This document shows, piece by piece, positions 39,270 to 48,049 of a stretch of DNA of 59,147 bases. Location: NCBI GenBank assembly GCA_964511025.1, contig CAZEDK010000002.1, forward strand, positions 1 to 59,147, written 5' to 3'. How positions within the stretch are numbered: position 1 is the first letter of the stretch; every line of letters starts with the position of its first letter. Position numbers and translations under genes: made by a program. The DNA comes from an uncultured Candidatus Peribacteria bacterium. Lineage in GTDB: Bacteria > Patescibacteriota > Gracilibacteria > UBA1369 > GWF2-33-10. A model generated the notes under the pieces. It was not told the origin of the DNA. It made no database searches and worked only from the letters and a program-made list of their open reading frames with translations.

Positions 39270-40265
39270 TCAAAAATCCTGCGTGGCATATAAAATTACA
39301 TGGCTTCCCAGTTTCTCAAAGCGGAAAGGCACATGCAAAAGATCCTTTAATTTTTCTTTAATTGCCTGCTGGGATTCAGGCGGTGCAAAAAAGAGTATGA
39401 AACCGCCTCCTCCTGCTCCAAGCAATTTCCCACCCAGAGCCCCGGTGCGTAAAGCAGTTTCATAAATTGCATCAATCTCGCCATTTGTTATCAAATTGGT
39501 AATGGTCCTCTTAATCTTCCATGATTCATGAAGAAGCTTTCCAAAGTCATTTATATCATGAGCATTCCCGTTAAGGATCTCGATTGCGTCTTCTACCATC
39601 TCCATCATAGCTTTTAACTCAATTTTTTTTTCGTGGGTTTTTTTAATCTGTTCATTTGCGATATCAGATGCATTCCTGGAAAAATGCGTGAAAAATAACA
39701 TAAGATGATCCTGGAGCAAATTTAACTTTTCCTGAGTAATTGTTATAGGTTGGACATAAAAATCTTTTCCTGCTCTAAACTCAATTTTGTTAAGCCCCCC
39801 AAACGAGGCAGCCACTTGATCCTGTGAACCAACACTTTCCTTAATGAGATCTTGTTCAACATGGATTGCATCTCTGGCTAATTGCCTTTTTGTTACCATC
39901 TTACCGGTCAAGGCATATAAGGCATTTAAAAAACCAACGGTAAAAGCAGAACTCGAACCAATTCCCGATTGAGCGGGAATATCGCTTGTATGGACCATTT
40001 CAACCCCTTTTTCAACATTTAAAAACTTTAGACACTCGCGGACAGAGGGGTGCTTAATTTCATCAATACTTTTTGTCTCCTCACGAAATGAATATCGTAT
40101 GCGATAGTTATAATCAAAAAAGGGCGGAAGATATCTACAGCTAATATAGCAGTACTTATTTATGGTAGTGCTAATAACAGCACCTTCATTCTCTTTATAC
40201 CAGACTGGATAGTCAGTCCCTCCACCAAAAAATGAAATGCGAAATGGGGTTCTTGTTATAATCAT
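39270..40265 (-). CDS. hddA: GHMP-family sugar kinase, HddA-like (D-glycero-D-manno-heptose 7-phosphate kinase type)
   Basis: 331 aa. Motifs: RTPFRISFFGGGTDYP, SDIPAQSGIGSSSAF (GHMP motif II), GSQDQVAASFGG, and GAGGGGF. The substrate was not determined. Confidence 0.6.
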   Translation of the reverse strand: MIITRTPFRISFFGGGTDYPVWYKENEGAVISTTINKYCYISCRYLPPFFDYNYRIRYSFREETKSIDEIKHPSVRECLKFLNVEKGVEMVHTSDIPAQSGIGSSSAFTVGFLNALYALTGKMVTKRQLARDAIHVEQDLIKESVGSQDQVAASFGGLNKIEFRAGKDFYVQPITITQEKLNLLQDHLMLFFTHFSRNASDIANEQIKKTHEKKIELKAMMEMVEDAIEILNGNAHDINDFGKLLHESWKIKRTITNLITNGEIDAIYETALRTGALGGKLLGAGGGGFILFFAPPESQQAIKEKLKDLLHVPFRFEKLGSHVILYATQDF

Positions 40266-40288
40266 ATCTAAATATTCTAATTTCTAGA

Positions 40289-41254
40289 TTATACCTTGCG
40301 TGCTTCTCTATACCATTCCATCGTTTTTCCTATACCCTCTCGTATATCGGTTTTTGCCTTAAAACCTAAAATTTTCTCTGCCTTCTCTGTATCAATAAGT
40401 CTTACAGGAATCATCGAAGGTTTATTTGCGTCATAAATAATCTGAACATCTTTAAACCCATCAATTTCTAATGCTATCTGTAATATTTCTTTAATACTGT
40501 ATCCCTTACCATAGCCGATATTGATAGGATCGAAAGTTTCTATCTTCTCAGCAGCAAATATCATTGCATCAATAAAATCATCAATACAAATCAAGTCCCG
40601 AATATCATTGCCTGTTCCCCATACCTGAATCGGATTGTGTCTTTCAACCACTTTTCTTATTGTGGCAGCCATCATATGGGAAGTTGCAAAGTCAAATTTG
40701 TCGTAAGGTCCGTAAATATTAGACGGTCTCAGAACAACAGTCGCCATCCGATCTTTAAGCTTTTCGGAGTAAAGTTTGCAGAGAATTTCTGTATATCGCT
40801 TCATCCATCCAACACCAAAATAGGTATCATACGGATCACCATCAAATATTTCGTCTTCTTTAACTGGCCTATCTCCAGAGGGTGGATATGCAGCATTACT
40901 GCTGAGCCATATAAATTTTTTCACTTTTGCAAAGTAGGCAGCCTCTAACATCTGAGAGTTCATAATAATATTAGGTGTAACATGGACAAGCGGAGTGGAT
41001 GCTATCACCGCCGCCCCAGAAGTATTCGCTGCACACATAAATACATACTCTACGTCACTGACGACCCTCTTACAGTCTTCCATATGCAATAAATCGCATT
41101 CGACATATTCGATTCTGTCATCAAGAATAACAGGAGATTTTTTGTGAATAGTAGCTCTTATATTAGCTCCAAGTAATAATAGCCTATTGATCAAATTTAC
41201 CCCAACAAAACCTGCCCCGCCTGCTACCAGTACACTTTTATTCTTAAAAAACAT
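40289..41254 (-). CDS. Extended-SDR nucleotide-sugar epimerase/reductase (Fcl-like fold) with non-canonical active-site spacing
   Basis: 321 aa. Motifs: VLVAGGAGFVGVNL, and DTYFGVGWMKRYTE where YxxxK is expected. It is a paralogue of 45808..46824. Confidence 0.75.
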   Translation of the reverse strand: MFFKNKSVLVAGGAGFVGVNLINRLLLLGANIRATIHKKSPVILDDRIEYVECDLLHMEDCKRVVSDVEYVFMCAANTSGAAVIASTPLVHVTPNIIMNSQMLEAAYFAKVKKFIWLSSNAAYPPSGDRPVKEDEIFDGDPYDTYFGVGWMKRYTEILCKLYSEKLKDRMATVVLRPSNIYGPYDKFDFATSHMMAATIRKVVERHNPIQVWGTGNDIRDLICIDDFIDAMIFAAEKIETFDPINIGYGKGYSIKEILQIALEIDGFKDVQIIYDANKPSMIPVRLIDTEKAEKILGFKAKTDIREGIGKTMEWYREARKV

Positions 41255-42259
41255 TTACCCTGCCAAATTATTACTTGTACATTCTTTAGTAAAAACATTG
41301 TACTTTTTATCTATTACATCTTTATTTTTAAGATACCAGTTTAATGTTTCCCTTAGTCCTTCTTTTAAGGTTATTACTGGAACAAATCCAATCTTTTCAC
41401 GAGCCTTTGATATATCTGCAACCCTATATTTTATACCCGAAGGTTTTTCTTTATCCCATATCACTTTTGGAGATTTACCAGTTACTTCCAAAATCATATC
41501 AACAATTTCTTTTATTGATAAACCAATACCGCTACCAAGATTAATAGGATCACAACAGGCATATTTCTCCAATGCAAGCAACATACCTCGTGCAACATCT
41601 CTGGAAAATACAAAATCTCTTACTGCAGAACCATCACCCCAAACTACCAAAGGATCTTCTCCTTTAAGAATACGTCTGAGTAAAACAGGAATTACCAATC
41701 CAGTTCTTGGATTAAAATCATCGTATGGTCCATATGTATTCACAGGGCGTACAATAGCAATTTTGTCCCATCCATATTGTTCTTTATATGCCTCAGCTTG
41801 TAATTCACCCATTCTTTTTGCCCAACCTGCATAACTGTCGCCAGGCTGAGGGGGACCGCTCCATGCATTTTGTTCAACAAAAATTTCTGCTGGAGGATAA
41901 ACACATATACTGCTTGCAAAGAGATATCGTTCAACCCCTGCCAATCTGGCAGCTTCCATCATATTTGTGTTAATAAGTAAATAATTTACAAAAAAACTCG
42001 CCCCTTGGTTTCTGCCAATACCAATAGAACCTTTAACACCGGCAAGATGGAAAACAAAATCAATTTTTTCTACCACTTTGCGACAAAAGATACCCTCTCT
42101 CAAATCACCTTTTACAAACTCAACATTTTTGGGAATATCAATTGGTTCATCAAGGGAAACAACCTTTACATTTGCACCTGCTTCTATCAACATAGATACA
42201 AGAGGCCGTCCAATTAATCCTGTTCCACCTGTTACAAGTACTCTTTTCCCTTTGTACAA
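41255..42259 (-). CDS. Extended-SDR nucleotide-sugar epimerase/dehydratase-family protein
   Basis: 334 aa with an apparent TTG start. Motifs: VLVTGGTGLIGRPL and DSYAGWAKRMGE. The stop abuts the next gene's start with no gap. Confidence 0.75.
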   Translation of the reverse strand: MYKGKRVLVTGGTGLIGRPLVSMLIEAGANVKVVSLDEPIDIPKNVEFVKGDLREGIFCRKVVEKIDFVFHLAGVKGSIGIGRNQGASFFVNYLLINTNMMEAARLAGVERYLFASSICVYPPAEIFVEQNAWSGPPQPGDSYAGWAKRMGELQAEAYKEQYGWDKIAIVRPVNTYGPYDDFNPRTGLVIPVLLRRILKGEDPLVVWGDGSAVRDFVFSRDVARGMLLALEKYACCDPINLGSGIGLSIKEIVDMILEVTGKSPKVIWDKEKPSGIKYRVADISKAREKIGFVPVITLKEGLRETLNWYLKNKDVIDKKYNVFTKECTSNNLAG

Positions 42260-42412
42260 TTAAATATTAATCCTATAAAATTTCTTGCTTGAGATATTAA
42301 TTCAATGAACGCTAAAAGAACATTAGTATTCGGAGGCGTACGTATAGCTATTTAGCTACTGAAAATGAGGGGATATATGACCAAAGGAAGCACAACACTT
42401 TATTGCAATTTA

Positions 42413-43744
42413 TTACTTCAAAACAAGAGGGCGCTTACGACGTTCATACTTATCGTAGGCTTCTTGCTGGTAATTTAAAAGGTCTTCATCAGATACTAGA
42501 GATAAATTAGCTGCCACACGTTGATACCAGGTATAACTTTCAAGATTTTCAGCTTCATCTTCTTTTATAATCTTACGCTCCATAACCATTTTAAATAAAG
42601 GCGTACCGGGATATGGAGTTGCAATCATGAATTTAGATTCATCCGCATCCAATTCACTCGCAAAATCAAGAGTTGCACGTATTGATTCATGAGTATCTGA
42701 AGGATGGCCAATTATATAACTGGCAAGAAATGGCATTTTTGCTTTCTTTAAAACTTTAGCTGCCATACGAAATTGTTCCTTGATTTCACCTTTCCCAATC
42801 ATACTTAATATTTTTTCGTCGCCTGACTCAACTCCAATAGCAACACAAAAGCAACCTGCTTTTTTAAGGGCATCAACTATCTCAAAATCAATACAATCAG
42901 CCCTAGCCTGTACATAAAAGCGGATATCTAATTTCCGTTCTAAAATCATTTTGCAAATCGCCAGAGTGCGTTTGTGATTAATAGTAAATGTATCATCGTA
43001 AAATTGAAATTCTCTAATCCCAAATCTATTAACTGCATTTTCAATTAAATTTACCACGTAATCGGATGAATGGAATCTGACTTTTCTCTTCCATGTAACC
43101 TCTGAAGCACAAAAATTACAATACCATGCGCATCCCCGTCCAGATAAAAGCCCAAAATGGGGACCATAAAAAAAATTAGGCTCTACATATGCGCTTAAAT
43201 TCTCTAAAAGATCCCATGCTGGCAAAGGTAAAACATCCAAATTTTTAATGAATGGGCGGACTGGATTTACTCTGACACCTTTATCATGTCGTAATATAAG
43301 ACCGGGTACACCTGAGATATCTTTACCTTTCTCTCTTAAATCTAGAACCTCCAATAGGACTTCTTCCCCTTCACCAATAATCCCGTAATCAATTGCTGGG
43401 TCTTTAAGAGCATGCTGTGGCAATCCTGTGACATGAGGACCACCCACTACCACAACAACATCTTTATTGGTGATTTTACAATGCTGTGCGATTTTAATAA
43501 CTATAGGAAAGCGTGGGGTTAAACAAGTAAATCCAATTATCTGTGGTTCTGATTTCATAATTTGTTCGGCCATATCATTAACATTGCCACCCCTAATATC
43601 AAAATCTATAATGTTAACCTCGTGCCCCTTTTCACGGACATAAGATGCCAACAAAGCGATATTGGTAGGCGTACGGTAAACTTGCTGTTTTTTCCATTCT
43701 CCAGATTTTTGCAAGTTAGGTGGTTGTACTAAAGTCACTCTCAT
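42413..43744 (-). CDS. Class B (B12-binding domain) radical SAM enzyme
   Basis: 443 aa. The N-terminal region is VTLVQPP...IALLASYVREKGH...IIGFTC...VVGGPHVT, followed by LSGRGCAWYCNFCAS (CX3CX2C). Confidence 0.85.
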   Translation of the reverse strand: MRVTLVQPPNLQKSGEWKKQQVYRTPTNIALLASYVREKGHEVNIIDFDIRGGNVNDMAEQIMKSEPQIIGFTCLTPRFPIVIKIAQHCKITNKDVVVVVGGPHVTGLPQHALKDPAIDYGIIGEGEEVLLEVLDLREKGKDISGVPGLILRHDKGVRVNPVRPFIKNLDVLPLPAWDLLENLSAYVEPNFFYGPHFGLLSGRGCAWYCNFCASEVTWKRKVRFHSSDYVVNLIENAVNRFGIREFQFYDDTFTINHKRTLAICKMILERKLDIRFYVQARADCIDFEIVDALKKAGCFCVAIGVESGDEKILSMIGKGEIKEQFRMAAKVLKKAKMPFLASYIIGHPSDTHESIRATLDFASELDADESKFMIATPYPGTPLFKMVMERKIIKEDEAENLESYTWYQRVAANLSLVSDEDLLNYQQEAYDKYERRKRPLVLK

Positions 43745-43851
43745 TTTCTCTATCTTAGTAATTTATTAACACTTCTATGTTAAATGTGCCTCTTTATTTC
43801 TATCTCCTCTATATAAAATCTATTTTACACATATTGGATATAGAAATACCT

Positions 43852-44364
43852 TTATACGAAATGTCCCACTTCGTCTCTTTGAGACAGAATTGGATTCTTA
43901 ATTGGCCACCAAATATTTAACTTGGGATCATTCCATTTATAGGTAAATTGCCTTGCAGGATTATAATATGAGGATTGTTTGTAATGAAAAATTGCTGTAT
44001 CGCTTAGAACCAGATGCCCATTGCCATATTGGGGAGGGACTAGCACCTGATATCTATTCCTGTCTGAAAGAACGAAAGGTTGCCATTTACCAAAATTCCC
44101 TGAATTTGTATCACAATTCACAACCACCAGATAAAACTTTCCATAAAGGCAGGAAATTAATTTCCAGGTTGTATCATCACCGTGAAGACCGCGAATAACA
44201 TTTTTCGAAGAAACAGAAATATCATCCTGAACAAATTTTATATCTATACCATTTTTCCTATACAAATCCTCATTGTATGTTTCTATATATTCTCCTCTAT
44301 GATCTTCAAATATATCTAGTTTTATCAACAACACACCCTCTAGCTTAGTCTTGGTTATTTCCAT
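43852..44364 (-). CDS. rfbC: RmlC-like cupin, NDP-4-keto-6-deoxy-sugar 3,5-epimerase
   Basis: 170 aa. Motifs: KLEGVLLIKLDIFEDHRGEYIETYN, VQDDISVSSKNVIRGLHG, VPPQYGNGHLVL. There is no rmlA, rmlB or rmlD in the window, so the substrate may be a GDP-sugar rather than a dTDP-sugar. Confidence 0.8.
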   Translation of the reverse strand: MEITKTKLEGVLLIKLDIFEDHRGEYIETYNEDLYRKNGIDIKFVQDDISVSSKNVIRGLHGDDTTWKLISCLYGKFYLVVVNCDTNSGNFGKWQPFVLSDRNRYQVLVPPQYGNGHLVLSDTAIFHYKQSSYYNPARQFTYKWNDPKLNIWWPIKNPILSQRDEVGHFV

Positions 44365-44451
44365 AAAATTACACTTTCTATTTTACTCCCTGAAATAGTT
44401 AATCTTTTTAAGGCATTCACTCCAATTTTACATACAAACTTCATGTTCATA

Positions 44452-45777
44452 TCAGTAAGACATACATTGCTCTCTGAGATAATGCTGTAACTCTTTGATA
44501 TTATTAATAATCTCATCCCGAGAGAAATTTTTTCCCCATTTGCCGGTTTTTTCATACTCAAAAGGCAACCCAAAATGTTCTTCATCTGAAAAACGGAAGA
44601 GTAAATGTGCATGTTTGCTCCAGTCGTTATCAATGTATTTAATCCCATATTCCACAGGATTCTCAAAAATATCAGAACCAGGAACAGGGCAAAAACCTGA
44701 GATGTTGACATAATCAGGTTTTGTCTCCTCAATAAGTAATCGAGTAATATTAACTATATCGGGAGGTTCTCCTGGCAGTCCCAAAATAAGACACATCTTT
44801 ACTTTTATACCAAACGATTTACAAAGAAAAATAAACTCCTTAGCCTTATTAATTGTTTGTTTTTTATTGATGATATCTAATACTTGCTGTGATGCGCTCT
44901 CTATACCAATAGCAAGTTCAACACACCCCGTTTCCCGCGCCAGAGCTATAACCTTCTTGCTTGCGCCAATTTTCGTTTGACCTCTCCAAATCACATCTGT
45001 ACGTCCAATTGCCTCTAAAAAAGGGATGGCTACTTTACTAGACAGAGGAATGCAAATTTCATCTCTGAGGTTTATACCCTTAATACCATACTCGTTTTTA
45101 AGATATCTTATTTCTTCTTCTACCGATTTTGGACTTTTTCTCTGAATAGATGATGGTACGTTATATACGCAATACCCACACTTGAAGTCGCATCCCCGTG
45201 AAAACATAGCCGATGTACCTAAAACTCCACCATATTTTTCAAATAAAATGGTATTTACAATAGATGCTTCCGGGAGATAGTGGCGGCACGGAAAAGGATA
45301 ATCATCATACCGTCTACGTTTCCAATCATCAGTATAAATTTTCTTTAAAGAACCGTTAAGGGAATCGTTTATTATTTCTACGAAAGACTCTTCTCCAGGA
45401 CCCAGCACAATAGCATCAAAATAATTTGCACAATCTTCCGGGAAATTATCTACATGAGTTCCGCCGGCAGCATGTCTTGAGGCAGGGTACATGTTGCGAA
45501 GATATTTGGCAATAGACTGCATTTCAACTGAATCAGCAGTTTTCGCTATCCAGTAAAGGAAAACATCATATTCCGGAATACCAGAACAGACCTGTGTGAT
45601 ATTATATTTATTTCCGTTTAAGCGTACATTTCGAAGGTCAACAACATTTATACTAACTCCATTATTTTTAAAACGATTATCTATGATAGTTGTGAAATAT
45701 AATTCGTTCAACGGTTGTAATTTAAATGGGTTGGCGAAATAATGCCATGTTGGAACAATGAATCCTATTGATAACAT
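44452..45777 (-). CDS. Class B (B12-binding domain) radical SAM enzyme
   Basis: 441 aa. MFSRGCDFKCGYCVY (CX3CX2C) is preceded by a Rossmann-like domain of about 180 aa (AAGGTHVDNFPE...AIVLGPGE). Confidence 0.8.
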   Translation of the reverse strand: MLSIGFIVPTWHYFANPFKLQPLNELYFTTIIDNRFKNNGVSINVVDLRNVRLNGNKYNITQVCSGIPEYDVFLYWIAKTADSVEMQSIAKYLRNMYPASRHAAGGTHVDNFPEDCANYFDAIVLGPGEESFVEIINDSLNGSLKKIYTDDWKRRRYDDYPFPCRHYLPEASIVNTILFEKYGGVLGTSAMFSRGCDFKCGYCVYNVPSSIQRKSPKSVEEEIRYLKNEYGIKGINLRDEICIPLSSKVAIPFLEAIGRTDVIWRGQTKIGASKKVIALARETGCVELAIGIESASQQVLDIINKKQTINKAKEFIFLCKSFGIKVKMCLILGLPGEPPDIVNITRLLIEETKPDYVNISGFCPVPGSDIFENPVEYGIKYIDNDWSKHAHLLFRFSDEEHFGLPFEYEKTGKWGKNFSRDEIINNIKELQHYLREQCMSY

Positions 45778-45807
45778 ATTTATTTTATCTTTCCTGATAC
45801 CGTAAAT

Positions 45808-46824
45808 TTAAACTTTTAGATTCTCAAATTTTTTCCCATCAACTACCGGATTTTTTTTATACCATTCGATCATTTTACAAACACCTTCTTCAATCGTAGT
45901 TTTAGCTTTAAATCCAAGAATCTTTTTCGCCTTTGTACAATTAATATTTCTTTTACCAATGGCAGAAGGCTTCGAAGTGTTGTAAACTATTTGTGCATCC
46001 ATATAATCATCAAGTTCAAGAATAATCTTCAGTATTTCATTAACACTATAATCTTTACCGTAACCTATATTAAATACATCAAAACTATTAACTCTTTCTA
46101 AGGCTAGAAGACACGCATCAAGCACATCATCTGCATAAATAAAGTCCCTTCTATTATCTCCCGTTCCCCAAATTTCTAAGGGATTTTGCCTTTCAACCAC
46201 CTTTCTCACTGTGGCCGGTAAAACATGCGCTGTAGCGAAACAAAAATCTTCATACTCGCTATATATGGTAGTAGGTTTTAAAATAACAGTTGTTATAGGA
46301 TTTTTAAGTTTGGTGGCGTACATCCTGCATAGGATTTCTGTATATCTTGACATCCAGCCAACAGAAAAATATGTATCAGGTGGATCTTCGCAAAACATAT
46401 CCTCTTCCACTAATTCTTTATCTAGCACAGGATAGCCGGTTGTGCTGCTTAACCATAGAAATTTCTTTACACCAGCAAAATACGAAACCTCTAACATCTG
46501 GGCATTCATAATCATATTTTCTGTAATATGTGAAACAGGATTTCTAGCCATTACTGGCGCTGTAGATAAAATTCCTGCAAACATCAAAACATAATCAATA
46601 CCATCAACAATCTTTTTGCAGTCATCTGGGTTTCTTAGATCAGCTTGTATGTAAGAGATATTATCGGCAAAAATGTTTGGTTTCTTCTTATGGTAAACAG
46701 CTCTTACATAAATATTTGGCAGGTTTCTAAGTCTCATCAAGGCAAAGGTACCCATCTGCCCCGCCGCCCCCGTAACCAAATACCTGCCTTGGCAAATCTC
46801 AACTTCTTTTATATTAATACACAT
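45808..46824 (-). CDS. Extended-SDR-fold protein, paralogue of 40289..41254, with Ser in place of the Lys in the GWM(K/S)RY segment
   Basis: 338 aa. Motifs: YLVTGAAGQMGTF and DTYFSVGWMSRYTE. TIYSEYE sits where the paralogue has NIYGPYD. Confidence 0.7.
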   Translation of the reverse strand: MCINIKEVEICQGRYLVTGAAGQMGTFALMRLRNLPNIYVRAVYHKKKPNIFADNISYIQADLRNPDDCKKIVDGIDYVLMFAGILSTAPVMARNPVSHITENMIMNAQMLEVSYFAGVKKFLWLSSTTGYPVLDKELVEEDMFCEDPPDTYFSVGWMSRYTEILCRMYATKLKNPITTVILKPTTIYSEYEDFCFATAHVLPATVRKVVERQNPLEIWGTGDNRRDFIYADDVLDACLLALERVNSFDVFNIGYGKDYSVNEILKIILELDDYMDAQIVYNTSKPSAIGKRNINCTKAKKILGFKAKTTIEEGVCKMIEWYKKNPVVDGKKFENLKV

Positions 46825-46865
46825 ATATTAATTCAGTGTCTAATCTACTCCCAGAGTATTCTTTC

Positions 46866-47978
46866 TCATGGCCAATCCTCTCTTATATAAGCCGGTATTG
46901 GCATGTTACCATAAGCAATGACCCACGCCCAATACCTGACTCTTCCCTCGACCAGATCATAATCATATCTACCTGTTTTATCCAACGTTCGTATCAACCG
47001 GACTGGTTTTATGACTTCATCTTTCACAAGGCTTTTTGATAGTTCTACCGGACTAGGTACAAAACACAGCTTGTTCTCTATCGCTTCCTCAATAGTCTGA
47101 TAAACACGCTTGTTTCCCTGTCCCTGTGTACTAATACGTATCCTGTCTTGTAAAACACGTACTATCTGCCTTTTAAAAACCTTATCTATTTCATCAATCT
47201 CGTTTTTTTCAAGATTAAAATCAGCCGAACTGGCATTTTCTCTAAGATGTTTTAAATTTTTCGCCTTGGGGATAACAACAACTGGTGGCTTACTAATCAA
47301 CCATCTAAGAGCTATCTGGGCTGGGGTTTTACCATGTTTTTTTGCTATTTTTTCCAACAAATCTTTTCTTTCTTTGCCATCTGTAATTCTTCCCTGATCA
47401 AGAGGACTATACGCTATTATCAAGATATTATTGCGCTGGCAATAAGGAAGAATACCATCCTCAATCATGCGGTCAAACAGATTGTATTCCGTTTGGAGAG
47501 AAACCATTATCTCAGATTGAAGTGCAAATCGTGCTTCTTGGAGTTCTCTTAAATAAAAGTTGCCCACGCCAATAAACCTAACTTTTTCTTCTTTAACAAG
47601 CCGTTCTAAAGCAGCCATAGTATTCTTAAGTGGAAATGTTGGATTTGGCCAGTGTATCTGGTATAAGTCAATATAATCGGTTTGCAATCGGCGGAGACTT
47701 CCCTCTGCAGCTTTTAGTACATCCTTCTCTAAATGGTGTTCTGGAGCAATTTTTGTCCCTATAATAACCTTTTCCCTTATTCCTTTTATAGCCTTACCGA
47801 TAATCTCTTCGGAACGCCCTTTATCATAATTTTCTGCGGTATCTATAAAGTTCATTCCCAAATCAATCCCGGTACGTAAAACATCTATATGGCTCTCATC
47901 CCATGAATAATCTCCCATTCCTTGCCCAATAGCTGGCAACTTTATTGATCTGTTGCTCAGCTGCTTCATTATATTCAC
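46866..47978 (-). CDS. Aldo-keto reductase fused to a C-terminal ParB/Srx-like domain
   Basis: 370 aa. The AKR tetrad context is FIDTAENYDKGRSEE, IGTKI and LYQIHWPN. The C-terminal extension of about 95 aa, ...VELSKSLVKDEVIKPVRLIRTLDKTGRYDYDLVEGRVRYWAWVIAYGNMPIPAYIRE, matches the ParB N-terminal/sulfiredoxin-fold pattern (P(I/V)xV...Y.L(I/V)xGxxRxxA...G...IPAxV). Confidence 0.7.
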   Translation of the reverse strand: MNIMKQLSNRSIKLPAIGQGMGDYSWDESHIDVLRTGIDLGMNFIDTAENYDKGRSEEIIGKAIKGIREKVIIGTKIAPEHHLEKDVLKAAEGSLRRLQTDYIDLYQIHWPNPTFPLKNTMAALERLVKEEKVRFIGVGNFYLRELQEARFALQSEIMVSLQTEYNLFDRMIEDGILPYCQRNNILIIAYSPLDQGRITDGKERKDLLEKIAKKHGKTPAQIALRWLISKPPVVVIPKAKNLKHLRENASSADFNLEKNEIDEIDKVFKRQIVRVLQDRIRISTQGQGNKRVYQTIEEAIENKLCFVPSPVELSKSLVKDEVIKPVRLIRTLDKTGRYDYDLVEGRVRYWAWVIAYGNMPIPAYIREDWP

Positions 47979-48049
47979 ATCAGTTTGCTCAAATAAGAGA
48001 GTTAGGGAATTTCACCATAATATAACGCTAAAATTAACTTTTATTAGCG

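Noticed and set aside
41187-41834. 215-aa plus-strand ORF
   Set aside because: It is antisense to two well-supported SDR genes (40289..41254 and 41255..42259) and spans their junction. It has no motifs, so it is a shadow ORF.
44355-44732. 125-aa minus-strand ORF overlapping the 3' end of a B12-rSAM gene in another frame
   Set aside because: It overlaps 44452..45777 by about 280 nt and overlaps the start of the RmlC-like gene. It has no motifs, whereas the overlapped genes are well supported.
4918-45777. Interpretation of the class B radical SAM set as a lipid-tailoring pathway (hopanoid methylase, ladderane or tetraether-type)
   Set aside because: The window has no fatty-acid, isoprenoid, squalene/hopene cyclase or acyl-carrier genes. 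The rSAM genes are translationally coupled to nucleotide-sugar enzymes, glycosyltransferases and GtrB-like genes, so a glycan substrate is far more parsimonious. This is not formally excluded without biochemistry.
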